NCBI GenBank assembly: GCA_951406725.2
Contig: OX597823.1
Coordinates: 87,792,001-87,856,000, forward strand
Length of the DNA stretch: 64,000 bases
Origin: Octopus vulgaris
Taxonomy: Eukaryota
Direction: 5' to 3'
Within the stretch, counting starts at the first letter, position 1. Every line of letters starts with the position of its first letter. The notes beneath the pieces were generated by a model. That model saw nothing but the letters and a program-made list of their open reading frames with translations, was not told where the DNA came from and did not search any database. Below, one piece after another: positions 28,760 to 41,962 of this stretch. Both the position numbers and the translations under genes were made by a program.

Positions 28760-29611
28760 GTACATACTACCTAATACATATAAAGATACGCACACACATG
28801 CATATATATATGTTTGTATTTGTAAGGTCATAATAAATTCTAGTTCATGTGGGTAGTCATATAAGATAAGCATATTTTGATATTTCGGTTGGTAATGTGC
28901 AATGCTGTTTTCTCAAGGGGTAATATTATTGTCAGCAAGTACAAATAGTAATAATAATTGGATTTTACAAGCACCACCGATCGCATGTAAATTTGCTTAG
29001 TGCCTGGAGTTTGACGTTTTATGAAAATTGATGACATGGCAGATGAGAAAATAAGCTGTGCCGGGGAAAAAAGGCAATACTCTGTGGCGTAAAGCAAATA
29101 ACTATATTAACAATTATTTGGCATTTTTTTACAATGAATAATTGCACGGAGATTTATGTATCTAACACACATAAATATACAGCCCTCGATTGTAATTGAT
29201 CTATTATCATATATATATAATTGATTGAATATCGAGATCTATTGATTTAACAATAATTTTCCTTCAAAATTTAACCCAATTGGAATATTAACTCTACAAT
29301 GACATTCAATAACACAACATATTAAAAAAAGATAGTGTCCTACATCTTATCTGAATTTTAAGCTCTGCAAAGCAAGCTCAAACGCCCAAAAATCTATGGC
29401 ATTTAATATTTTCACTTATCAAAGGGCGGCCACGCTGGGACACTGCTTTGAAAGGGGTTTAATCTAACTAATCGATCCCTGTCATTCTTATTTTCAAGAT
29501 TAGTTCTTATTCTACCAATTCCTTCTGCTCAACCGCTTAGTTATATAATCTGATTAAAACCGGTTGCTTAGCACAAAAACACACCTTTAGATATATGCAT
29601 ACCCATACCTA

Positions 29612-29704
<93 letters not shown>

Positions 29705-29713
29705 ATCTATCTA

Positions 29714-29754
<41 letters not shown>

Positions 29755-29824
29755 TACTGGGAGAAGAAGAAGAAACGAAACCAAACGGAACGAATCGAAT
29801 TGACGCGAAGGCTCTCAGTCATAC

Positions 29825-30434
29825 AATAGTGTAATAAATAAAATATATGCATACATACCTACATATATGTACGTAGCTACATCTACATGTATATATACAT
29901 GCATATATAAATATATATATACGTGAGTACAGGACACCACAGATAGACGCAGAACTCAACGAGAACGAAAACTTAAAATCAAGCATGAAACGAACATTTT
30001 TTTACAAAGAAAAAACAGAGTACTAGACAAACTACACAAGGAAAAATCGTTTTTACGTCCTGTTTGTGTCACATTTTGTTCTTTCCTTGTTTTTACCCCT
30101 CTGCGAGGTAATTTCCTTTAATTTCTTCGCAGGAAGGACTAGTTCGACGTGTCGTGTTCTGTCCTCACCCTCGAAACACGCTGGAGTTGAACTAGGGACA
30201 GCTGATGAAGGGGATTTTTCCTTGTGTAGTTTGTCTAGTACTCTGTTTTTTCCTTGTAAAACAAAGGTTCGTTCCATGCTTGTTTTTACGTTTTCGTTCT
30301 CGTTGCGTTCTGCGTCTATTTGTGGTGTCCTGTACTCACGTATATATATTTATATATGCATGTATGTATACATGTAGATGTAGGTACGTACATATATGTA
30401 TGTATGTATGCATATATTTTATTTATTACACTAT

Positions 30435-30436
<2 letters not shown>
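29825..30436. repeat. Inverted repeat, ~224-bp arms (29825-30048 / 30213-30436)
   Basis: e.g. ACGTGAGTACAGGACACCACA / TGTGGTGTCCTGTACTCACGT and CAGAGTACTAGACAAACTACACAAGGAAAAATC / GATTTTTCCTTGTGTAGTTTGTCTAGTACTCTG. Confidence 0.9.
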
Positions 30437-30485
<49 letters not shown>

Positions 30486-30499
30486 CTGTATAGGGGAAT

Positions 30500-31130
30500 T
30501 ATAACCGTGTTTCGTAGTCTGCTACCAAAACAGCTCCTTTATAGGATCCAGTTAGCTCAAGGCATCATCAGGAGGAACCACGTCCGGATTCGGCCCCTAC
30601 TCCTCTACCGTTAGGAGCTGTCTTCAGCTCTGGTGTTGGGTGCATGTCTTCTTTCTTCTTCTTTCTTCTGTTCCCTGGCCTCTTCGATGTATCGTCAGCG
30701 AGTGTCAGCCGGTGACTGACTGACTTGTCAAATTTTTCCCTTTAAATACCTGCTGCTAGCCTCCAGCAGGCAACCCCAGCAAGCTGTTACGTGACACTGT
30801 CTCACCTTCACTGGCTAGTGAAAGCGCGTAGTTTTAGCCCGCGCATTCTCTAAACGAGCGTTACCTGTCAGTCAGCGAAGCTGATTCAGTGTCAGCTTGT
30901 CTCACCTAATGATGTTATTTCCCGCCGACATGTTATGACTTTCAAGCCATTTTCGATCTTCCCGCTTCAGCGATATATAGAAGCTGGCTTTTCGACCGCC
31001 TCCTGTACTCTCCTTATTAGTTTTCGCAGCTCGGAACTAGAAAAAACAAATCTTGTTTTGAAAAGCGTTGTCATTTTCCTTTCAATGACGCCTCTAGCCT
31101 CCATATATTGGAAGAAATAAGGTACTCAGA
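30500..31130 (-). mobile_element. Dispersed repeat, probable PLE 3' end/pseudo-LTR (second copy 52205-52520)
   Basis: High similarity to 52205-52520 (CTCCTTTATAGGATCCAGTTAG..GGAGGAACCACGTC, TTTAAATACCTGCTGCTAG); weak RKLIRRVQEAVE peptide on minus strand. Confidence 0.55.
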
Positions 31131-31619
31131 AATCTGAATGGTTTTATATTTACAGATTTTTATTAATATGTCTCATGTTTTTTTATAAATCATATATCAG
31201 CGCTTGCATCTACTCTAGTTGACTCTTTAGATTTGAATGTGTTTGAGATGATTTCGCTCTTTTTATTGAGTGTTGGGATAGGGAGAGAGATAGGATAGTA
31301 AAAGAGGGTGATGAATGAGGAGAAAGTGAAAGGAGTGTCAATGGAGGAGAAAAGGAAACAACGAAGGAACAGAGACAGAAGAAAAAAATTGTTTTTCTTT
31401 CTGTCTTCCTTCTTTCTTTCCTTCTGTTCTCCATTGACACTCTTTTCAGACACACACACACCCACTCATACACACACACAAACACAGACACACTCAGACA
31501 CAATAGTCGGTGTTTTGATAAGTGTCATCATTTTAACCAGCTGTGATTCGGCACTTTAACTCGATTGATCTTATAGGTTGCTATAACGCCGCGATCTCGC
31601 AGGATTATTTGCACGTCGG

Positions 31620-32010
31620 ACATGTTGAGCGGCATTTCCTCCGTCTTTACATTCTGAGTTCAAATCCCGCCGAGGTCGACTTTACTTTTCATCCTTTCAA
31701 ATGTCAATAAAATAAATAGCAATTGAGTAGTGGCGTCGATATAAATGAATTACTCCTCCCCCAAAATTGCTGGCCTTCACCAACATTTCAAATCGATATT
31801 ATCTATTACTAACAGGTGGAGAGTCGACATAGTCGTTAGAATGCTGGGTTAATTGTTTAGAAACATTCGTCCGTCTTTATATATAAGGCTGAATTTATTT
31901 TTATGTTTTCAGGGTCAATAAAGTAAGTACCAAGTTCAGAACTGGAGTCGATGTAATTGACTTCTACCCACCTTGATAATTGCTGACCTTATGTCAAAAT
32001 TTAAAACCAT
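31620..32010 (+). mobile_element. Two degenerate SINE family A copies
   Basis: TTCTGAGTTCAAATCCCGCCGAGGTCGACTTT..TTTCATCC and AGTACCAAGTT..ACTGGAGTCGATGTAATTGAC. Confidence 0.65.
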
Positions 32011-32794
32011 TCTTAAATATAATTTGGAGAATATTTGGCCGTGATTTTCACCATTTCATTTTTCTGCCCGGATTGCAGTGCTTTATAATGTAAATTCAAG
32101 CATTAGAGGCATGTTAAGTGAAAGATAATATAATATTCATTTTACTAATGAAAACGTTTTTTTATATAATTGTATGAAAGAAAACCACTTTCTGTTAATC
32201 CGTTTAACACACGATGACGCTATAGCGGGCAAGATTTACTTTGAATCTACCTATCGAAGGTGCATATATAGGTGGCCATATTGTTTTATGCTTAAGGTTC
32301 ACTAGTTGAGTGTGACATCGTTATTTTCAGCTGTAAACGAAATGTATAAATAAAAATTAAACATGTAGCTGTCTAATTTTGTGATATCTAGAGAAGTGTT
32401 GTGAAACGAAACAGTGCTCGCTAAAGCGTACTTGCGTGTTCAAATTATAGGATAAAGATATACCAAAAGGTATTCTATTTATGAAATTCCTATTTCCAAA
32501 TACAATTTTCACTCTGTGAATTCGACAGAAATGTTTTTGCTTTCTTTAATGCTACTTGGTTTCCGCCGCAACGTTATTTTATTTGGCATCATAATAGAAT
32601 ATACTCATACACAAATATATATATATATATATATATATCTATAATTTATAAATAAAATTCTGTTTGCACCGTATGTATTGAATATAGGAAATAGTCTAAT
32701 ATAAGGTATTATCCTAGTACCCATTTCACATCCGTCGTGATCTAATAGTTATATTTACAAAATTCGTATACACCACAGTTTCTAAACTTACGCA

Positions 32795-32852
<58 letters not shown>

Positions 32853-33197
32853 GTATGTATATATATATATATATATATGAGAAGAAGAAGAAGAAGAAGA
32901 AGAAGAAGAAGAAGAAGAAGAAGAAGAAGAAGAAGAAGAAGAAGAAGAAGAAGAAGAAGAAGAAGAAGAAGAAGAAGAAGGGATGACAATAAAAATTAAA
33001 TATAAAAATAAAGATCAAAATAAGAATAAAGATAAATCTAATTGTAATTGTGAACGGAAGGGGAAGGAGAGTTAAGTCCATCAAGAATAAAGGAATGGAA
33101 TATACTGGAGTGGCCGATATTGTTGTGAATTTTCAAGAGATAGCTGGTGTGGTGTTTACTGGTTGAAGGTCACATATTCAGTTCTCTCACATTGTAT

Positions 33198-33243
<46 letters not shown>

Positions 33244-33410
33244 GCTTGCGGGTGTGTATGTATATATACATACATACATACATATACTAATACACGTATA
33301 CGCCTCTTAACCATTATACCTCTGCATGTACACACACATGCGCGCATGTATATATATACATATATATATATATACATATATATGTATGTATGTATATACA
33401 TATAGATATG

Positions 33411-33949
33411 TCTATTATATAAAATCCGTTCTGTCTGTGTGTGTCTGTGTCTTCTAGGATCTCGGGCATCCTCCATCCGATTGCACTCAAATTTGATATT
33501 TAGATACTGACGATATCTGGGCGTGTAGAAGTCTTTAAAAAATTACAAAAATCGATTCCAATTGAGAATGCGATCGATAAAACCATGGGAACGTGCGTTT
33601 GTACGCGCTAGTACATCAGCTCTTTTGATCGATTCTACGCGTACGTGAGAAAAATGCACGTGTAGTTTGCGCAAAAAAAGCCGGCTGGCTTGAAATAATG
33701 CCAGAAAATGCAGTACATTTAAGAGACCAAAAATTTAAGATGCAAAAGAGATATTTTCTTCAAACTTGGCATGAAGGAAGGAAAGACAATTTTGTTTCTC
33801 AAGAAGTGTTTTCCCCTAACTTCGTTTAACAAAGCCAAAAATTTTATTGAATTAAAGGCATGCTTCATTATTTTTTAGAAAACACTGATTGCTTTTTATT
33901 CAGAAGATATGATTCAGCACCGTCCATTGGACGGGGGGCATTTTGCTCG
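33411..33949 (+). mobile_element. Non-autonomous Helitron-like element
   Basis: 5' TCTATTATATAAAA, subterminal CTGT/GT microsatellite, 3' GC hairpin CCGTCC-ATT-GGACGG (33920-33934) 11 nt before CTCG|T (CTAG-like end); no TSD; sits in an AT-repeat context. Confidence 0.65.
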
Positions 33950-33980
<31 letters not shown>

Positions 33981-34372
33981 GTTTGTGTATGTGAGTGTCT
34001 CTTAACAGTATATATTTGTGTGATTAATGATAATTTCTTTATCCCACCATCATCTGGTTTGGGACATATTTAAGATTCGTACCTATCTGACTTATTTTTG
34101 TGTTATTGCTTTCCACAGTCGATTTCTTGTTGTTTCCAAACGTATTCCTATCTATATTACTCTTGCAACGTGAAACATTAATTGATCCAACCACTTATAA
34201 TAATAGGTTCCATTATACCCTCTGATACTAGTTTCATGTTAACATTTTCGTTTCCAGAGAATGCCACACCATTGTATAAGTTAACTAATCCACGTAGTAA
34301 TAAGTAAGGTAAAAGTTTTGTTTCTAATATAGTACTGTTTCGTTCTCAATAAGATTATATGCCTGTATTTGT

Positions 34373-34426
34373 CGGTTATCTTAACTCCCGTTGAGATGAT
34401 AATCTCAACGGGAGTTAAGATAACCG
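34373..34426. repeat. Perfect 25-bp-arm hairpin/palindrome
   Basis: CGGTTATCTTAACTCCCGTTGAGAT-GATA-ATCTCAACGGGAGTTAAGATAACCG. Confidence 0.95.
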
Positions 34427-34749
34427 GCTGTTATACATTTGACATAAGTTTTATTTTGCCAGCACTTTTTACATAGTCTTCGAACAAAACTGATAATTAA
34501 CCTTTTAAATGATAAGTAACGCTTTGGATATAGTAAGTGAAACTACAAAATTATTGTTACCTTCTTCAAGTTCTCTGATACATTGAGATATACTTTTTCC
34601 ATAGATAAAATGTCGTAGAAATATTGTCTGGTATAGATCATTCAATCTGTGTATTCTTTTCTTGCGTTCAACGCTTAGAAATTCTTAAGCGCTTTCTGGT
34701 TACATGTAGTATACTTTTACGCTGATGTTAGGTTTCACAAAGGTTTTTA

Positions 34750-35230
34750 TATGCAACATCTACGCTGAGGACACCCAACGCAAATTTCAGAAAATGCTAT
34801 TTCATTTCTCAATAGAGATAATCCAGACTATAAAAACAAAATTTCAAAAACTCTTTACAAAGCCAGAAACTGAAAAATCAAGTTGATGAAAACCTTATGC
34901 CAAACAGTAAACATCGGTCAAAAATTTTAATATATTTTCATGGATACAAAATTCACATCAGAGGATAATTTAGAATATGCTGAATAACCTGGCCCAATTG
35001 CAAAGAAAATCATAGTGGTGAAACCAACAATTCTTTTTGCCAACGTATGAGGATCCATAGACAACAAATCGGATAAAAAGAATCACCCAAGATTCCACGG
35101 ATTAAGCATCGGGAAATATGTGGAAACAGAAGAGTCAAAATTTTTCCCTGTTACAAATAACCAACAGGTGGAAATCCAGCCATCGGCATTCCGACATCCG
35201 AAACTCGGAGATTTTTCATAGCTACCGAAT
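34750..35230 (+). mobile_element. Degraded Penelope-like GIY-YIG endonuclease remnant
   Basis: NLEY..ITWPNCKENHSGETNNSFCQRMRIHRQQI...IP..KH..ICGN...KIFPCYK resembles NLIY.I.C..C...YIGET....RM..HRQQI of PLE endonucleases. Confidence 0.55.
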
Positions 35231-35252
35231 AATTGTCACATATTACATTTAC

Positions 35253-35377
<125 letters not shown>

Positions 35378-36008
35378 CGCACACATATAGATTCGAACTA
35401 ACAAAGAACATTTCCTTCCCATTTCAGCTCATGACTCTTTCAGCTAATTCACACTTATAGAAAAATCATAAAGTGTCTGTAAAAAAATCATTCTTCATGC
35501 ATCTCTGAGATGAGATGAAAGCGTTAAATAGATAATTATCCAAAATCTACACAAGCATCTTCCTTTCTAGAAAATATCAGGTGCTGTCTTAATAAGCCAT
35601 GCTCGTATCCGTATTGCATTTGGTGACCTGAGGACAGAGATGAGGAACCACCAGGTGAAGAGAATGAATTATAAACATCGGGGAATAGTAATAATTGTAG
35701 TGTGATTCTGTTGTTCATTGTCTATTTGCGTGTTCTGCTTTTGTAGGATCGGCTTGTTTGTTTTTATGCTTCTGCTGTTACTACGTGTATCATGATTGGA
35801 TTGGATTTTCGGTTTTTTCTTTTGATTTGTTTTCTCGTTGAACACTCATACGTCGTTTTCGACATGTATCGATGCTTGTGTGTGTGTGCGTGTGTGTGCG
35901 TGTGTATGTGTGTATGACTTTGTGTATCTATGCTGGGTGATGTAAAACGAAGAGAATTCAAACATATTTTTTATTAGTGTGCGTATATATATATATTTAT
36001 ACATATAC

Positions 36009-36128
<120 letters not shown>

Positions 36129-36139
36129 ATATGTATATA

Positions 36140-36300
36140 GATCGCTAGCCACAACACATTCTTTATTTTCTCTCCTTCTTTCTTTCTGTGGAAGAGCGGA
36201 GGTACGAAACGTTAAAGACTTTTTCACTTCCCGAGAGTTATACTAATACATCTGTTTGTTGTCTACACCACCTGTCTTCGTTTTTTTTAAATTCTCCCCT
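36140..36300 (+). mobile_element. Short PLE-terminal-like repeat family G with HHR-like motif (second copy 48060-48200)
   Basis: TCTTT-CTGTGGA-A-GAGCGGAGGTAC-GAAACGTT-AAAGA (36181-36218), followed by ACTAATACATCTGTTTGTTGT shared with 48140. Confidence 0.55.
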
Positions 36301-36309
36301 GTATACATG

Positions 36310-36370
<61 letters not shown>

Positions 36371-36373
<3 letters not shown>

Positions 36374-36728
36374 TATACATACATATTTGTATGTGTATGT
36401 ATACATAAGTATACATACGGAATGAAGTATATTTTGTCAGAAAATTTTAAATATTTCAGTGAGATATATACACATACAAAGACGCAAACACATGCACATA
36501 ATCTTGCACACACACACACAAAATGAGAAACATTCAAATGTGTATCTATACTTATGTATACACGTGCTTACACATACAAATGTGCATATATATAAGTATA
36601 CATACATATTTGTATGTGTATGTATACATAAGTATACATACAGAATGATGTATATTTTGTCAGAAAATTTTAAATATTTCAGTGAGATATATACACATAC
36701 AAAAACGCAAACACATGCACTTAATCTT

Positions 36729-36773
<45 letters not shown>

Positions 36774-36834
36774 GAAACATTTAAATGTGTATCTATACTT
36801 ATGTATACACGTGCTTACACATACAAATGTGCAT
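36371..36834. repeat. Tandem duplication of a ~220-240-bp unit
   Basis: 36371-36587 is nearly identical to 36594-36834 apart from (CA)n length. Confidence 0.9.
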
Positions 36835-37376
36835 GTGTTTGTGTGCGACTGTGTCTGTGTGTATGCATGCTTATGTGTACGTGTACGTGTTTGCGTGTGT
36901 GTGTGTTTATATATTTCGATGAAAAATATAGAATTTTCTGACATAAAATGTACATTACTCTGCATCTTTCTTAGAATCATTGTAAACAATAAATACAAGT
37001 GTATTTTCGTGTTTGTCACCTTGTTCACCGTTTATCTTGATTAGTTTTATATTTATTTAATTATTGTTTTAATTTCCACATTATTTACATTACCTCTATT
37101 TCTATTTTCTTTACATTAATAATAGCTATGTTGTAGCATCATACGAAATAGGAATCAGTATATATATATTTCTTTCTATTGACAATCTTCGTCGCAGTCA
37201 ACCATCGAAGAATCATTTCGCGATAACCCTGCATTTCTGTTATCTATAAATTCGATGTAATTTTCTCCGTAATATTTTCATTATTTCTAGGTACCAATTC
37301 CATTTTTGTAAAGGTGGCTGATGAAGTTATAGCACTGAACGTTTTTAAAATTATCTAATTAGCTATACAACTATTA

Positions 37377-37590
37377 CGAAGGTGAGTCAAAAAGTAATAC
37401 CATATTGTTTAGGATAGGTATAATTACCAACACAGGAACATATATCATGCGTCAAAATGAAGCTGGTCAACATTGTCACCGTTTCTCGCAATAGCAATGT
37501 TCCACCTTCGAATGAGAGCATGTATCCCTGCCCTGATGGATGTCTTGCATACTGAATACTTGACTGTATCCGTTTCAACATCAAAGTAAA
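37377..37590 (-). mobile_element. Mariner 3' end remnant
   Basis: TA|CGAAGGTGAGTCAAAAAGTAA mariner-type TIR; minus-strand GIHALIRRWNIAIARNGDNV matches the mariner transposase C-terminus (GI..L..RW......G.Y.E). Confidence 0.7.
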
Positions 37591-37900
37591 GATCAGAACA
37601 AAACAGGTGTAGCTTTAGGATCCCTTTATGCAGGATTCTTTTGGTTAATATTGGAGTTGTGGATTACCAAGCAAAAATGAACTTCCATTCATGAATACAT
37701 TCTTTGCTATGAAAATTATGGTTTTCCATTTTGATGTACCTCAATTCTATGTGCATCCCCTCTATTCACATGCAAAGATATGTTCTTACGCATATATATA
37801 TGTGTTTTCACCCCTTGGAGTGGAAAGAAGAGAAAGGTGCAATTCACTTAGACCAATATTTAATTCTGGTTCACTGTGCACGTGTATATATGTGTGTATA

Positions 37901-38284
37901 TGGAAGCACTCCGTCGGTTACGACGACGAGGGTTCCGGTTGATCCGAATCAACGGAACAGCCTGCTCGTGAAATTAACGTGTAAGTGGCTGAGCACTCCA
38001 GAGACACGTGTGCCTTTAACGTAGTTCTCGGGGATATTCAGCGTGACGCAGAGAATGACAAGGTCGGCCCTTTGAAATACAGGTACAGGAGAAACAGGAA
38101 GTAAGAGTGAGAGAAAGTTGTGGTGAAAGAGCACAGCAGGGATCACTGCCATCCCTGCCGGAGCCTCGTGGAGCTTTAGGTGTTTTCGCTCAATAAACAC
38201 TCACAACGCCCGGTCTGGGAATCGAAACCGCGATCCTATGACCGCGAGTCCGCTGCCCTAACCACTGGGCCATTGCGCCTCCAC
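37901..38284 (-). mobile_element. SINE family C, full length
   Basis: Minus head GTGGAGGCGCAATGGCCCAGTGGTTAGGGCAGCGGACTCGCGGTCATAGGATCGCGGTTTCGATTCCCAGACC; tail CGTCGTCGTAACCGACGGAGTGC. Confidence 0.9.
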
Positions 38285-38328
38285 GTGTGTATATATATAT
38301 GTATGTATGTGTGTATGTATGTGTATGC

Positions 38329-38397
<69 letters not shown>

Positions 38398-39278
38398 GTG
38401 ATATTTAATTGTGTATAAGTATGGAGAAGTGAGTTCGTGTATATGTTATTACGTGCCCATCCTTTTATATTATGGTGGGTAGATGTGGATCGAATCGGGT
38501 AAATTCATATAAACCTCTTCTAGGATTCTGTTGATTTGATGGGTGTAGTTATGTTTTGTTTGCTGTGTCGTGGTTGAGGGTGTACATACGCTGGTGTGAT
38601 TATTGAAGGAGTTGTTCAGGAGTTGTGAAAAGCTATATTCTAATCAAGTATTTGTAGGTATATCATATCATAAGTTCATGAATGTATAAGTTTATGTCCG
38701 TATATACTTTATTCTCTGATTATTTCCTTCTGAAAAAAATAATTTATTGTTTATTCTTGCCTTATTTTCTAACAGCACATGCATCCAATTTGACTTCGTT
38801 TAATGACTGGTTTGGGCAGCATTCTATATTCACTCATTTATTGTTCGATTTACTGAAATATGGATATTGACGTAAAAGCCGCTTTTCACAAGTTTTTGGA
38901 GAGGCTTGACAATTGTCTGTCAGCTACGATCAATATGATATGTCATATTGTTGCTATGAGTGGCTATGCGAACATTGAATACATTAGTCCTTCTAGTGGC
39001 GACATCCTGTTTATGTATGTATGTATGTATGTATGTATGTATGTATGTATGTATGTATGTATGTATGTATTTATGTATGTATGTATGTATGTATGTATGT
39101 ATGTATGTGTGTATGTATGTATGCATGTATGTATGTATGCATGCATGCATGTGTGTATGTATGTATGTATGCATGTATGTATGTGTGTGTGTATGTATGC
39201 ATGCATATGTGGATGAACAGAATAATGTATGAATCTATATTTACCTATCAGTCACTCTCTGCTTCTCTCTCTCTCTCA

Positions 39279-39332
<54 letters not shown>

Positions 39333-39925
39333 GCATAGATATATATATATAAATATATGCATGTATGTATGTATATAAATATATATATATGCATGTAGAT
39401 ATGAGAGAGGGCGAGAACGAGAGAGAGAGAGAAAGAAAGCAAGTAATGGGGATAAAGTGTGACATACTCATTCATCTATGTGTGTATATATATATTTATA
39501 TATATTTATGTATGAGTGTGTAAATATTTATGTATATATATGTGTGTGTGTGTGTATGTATGTGTGTATATGCGTGTGTGGTTTAAAACGGTGTGTAGGA
39601 GGACGAAATAGATATGTATATAATGGGCTAGTCATTTCTATTATATCACCATGCTTAATCAAGTGTAATAGAGAGGATTGTTATTCAGGGAACATTTTAT
39701 TCATAAAACTAAAACTTTCAGTAAAAATACAAATGAAAATCGAGACGGAAAGCAATCGAAGAAGCCATCAAAAAACATTTCCATCAATTTTCTTGATACC
39801 TCTCGAGACACAAGGACTTGGAGAGAAGCCCACGCTGTCAGAGAATTATATACCGTAAACATTGACACACTCATATACATAAGCTCGACATCCTGTCTGT
39901 GTCACAATTTTCTCTCTCTTCATAA

Positions 39926-40000
<75 letters not shown>

Positions 40001-40429
40001 TCTGTGTGTGTGTGGCTGTGTGTGTGCGTTCGTGCGTTTGTATACGTACATACATTCATTCAAAGACACGGTTGTATATACAATGATTTCAACAAACATT
40101 TTACATTACTGACTCAAGTGAACTTATGCTAATAGGGCAGTATTAAACTACTTCGCTGTCGATGAATCTATAGATTACAATCAATGAACCATTTAGTTAT
40201 CGGTTATTTCCAATTCATTACGGATATTGTGATAAAAGATAATTTATTTTCAGAACTATATTGCAATGAATTTTAAATACAAATCAGGTACTTTATTGTA
40301 GTTTTGATTAATTTGGTGCTGTCATCAATTATCTTTCTTAAAATAATTACTATTAATGAAAAGAACCGTGTCTGTTAGTCTCTTGCTTTGAAATGTTGAA
40401 ATGTGTCATTGCGTGCGTATGTGACACTA

Positions 40430-40476
<47 letters not shown>

Positions 40477-40574
40477 AAGAGAGAGAGAGTTTGATCTATA
40501 TATACATATATGTGTGTATGTATGCATATACACACATGGCACATACATCCATACATACTTACATATATACATAT

Positions 40575-40611
<37 letters not shown>

Positions 40612-40612
<1 letters not shown>

Positions 40613-40988
40613 GGCACTCCGTCGGTTACGACGACAAGGGTTCCAGTTGATCCGATCAACGGAACAGCCTGCTCGTGAAATTAACGTGCAAGTGGCTGAA
40701 CAGTCCACAGACACGTATACCCTTAACGTAGTTCTCGGGTAGATTCAGCGTGGCACTGGGACAAGACAGGCCTTTTGAAATATACGTACAGCAGAAACAA
40801 GAAAAAATGGAGAGAAAGTTGTTGTGAAAGAGTACAGTATGGTTCACCACCACCCCCTGCCGGAGCCTTGTGAACCATTAGATGTTTTCGCTCAATAAAC
40901 ACTCACAACTCCCAGTCTCAGAATTTAAACCGCGATCCTACGACCGCGAGTCCGCTGCCCTTAGCACTAGACCATTCCGCCTTCTACA
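40612..40988 (-). mobile_element. SINE family C, full length
   Basis: Collinear with 37901-38284 along its whole length. Confidence 0.9.
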
Positions 40989-41779
40989 TGATCTCTTATA
41001 TGTAAGTATATATATAAATTTTGTACGACTCTATTATTCTTTCTATACGTTCATTCTTTCCTTCTTTCTATCAGCCCCATCACACTTCACTCATTCCACT
41101 CTTCGTTCTTTTGTTCCCCCTCTCTCACATTTCCTGGTCTTCTCTTCATGCTCACCTTCCCTCCTCTTTCACTTGACTCTGTCCCTTTCATTTTTTCTCG
41201 CTCCTCTTTATTTCTTCTATCCCTTTGCCACTAACTCTCTCTCTTCTCCATCCCCACGTGACCGGTGTTTAGCCAAGACTGACCTTTCTTTCCTCTACCA
41301 TCCGTGCAACATCTGTATTCCTCCCTATTCCTCTCAAAGCTTATTTCCCTGCCGTAATGCTTTACTTCGCGCACGCCAGCTTAATTTGATTCGTACTTAT
41401 ATGAAAGACACCCGTTGTTAATGTCCTGTGATTTGTATTTGTGTACTACCTCTCCGTTTTATTTCGTCCTTGTTTTCGTATACATTCGCTGCTTTCTTCC
41501 CAAGAATCTAGTGCTCTTAGCTAAGTTTTTCCTTGGGGCTGGTAAGATTGGAGCAATCTTGAGTATAATCAGCCGAAATTGCAAAAGATAATATAGAACT
41601 CGACTGAGGAGAGAAAACTGCGAATGACCCGTCCTTGTTTTCTTTGTATTGTCTATCTGGATGTTTTGTGTTCTGGTCCCATTTTGTATATATATATATT
41701 AAAGGGGTGTATGAAAAGTTTTGAGCCTTGAAGACTTGTACCTTTATCCGAAGTCTTGTATCATGTTTTGTTGTTTTGT

Positions 41780-41816
<37 letters not shown>

Positions 41817-41898
41817 ATTATACATATATAATATATACATATATATATGTACATACATATATATATATACATATATATATATACACACAGACACACAA

Positions 41899-41962
<64 letters not shown>

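Noticed and set aside
35536-35718. 60-aa non-repetitive ORF (SSPGGSSSLSSGHQMQYGYEHG)
   Set aside because: No recognisable homology or clear splice signals; the length is within chance expectation.
38210-38284. tRNA gene candidates (also 7717, 10923, 27850, 40915)
   Set aside because: A/B boxes are present but each runs straight into a SINE body and lacks a convincing acceptor stem or terminator; they are SINE heads.
41530-41635. Hammerhead in the 8350/41400 repeat family (GGCTG..CAGCC-GAAA; CTGAGGA..CGAA)
   Set aside because: Core halves are not in a workable arrangement in either copy, and stems I and III cannot be formed.
41700-41760. Mariner-like TIR stub (AGGGGTGTATGAAAAGTTTTGAGCCT)
   Set aside because: Too short, with no partner end or coding remnant.
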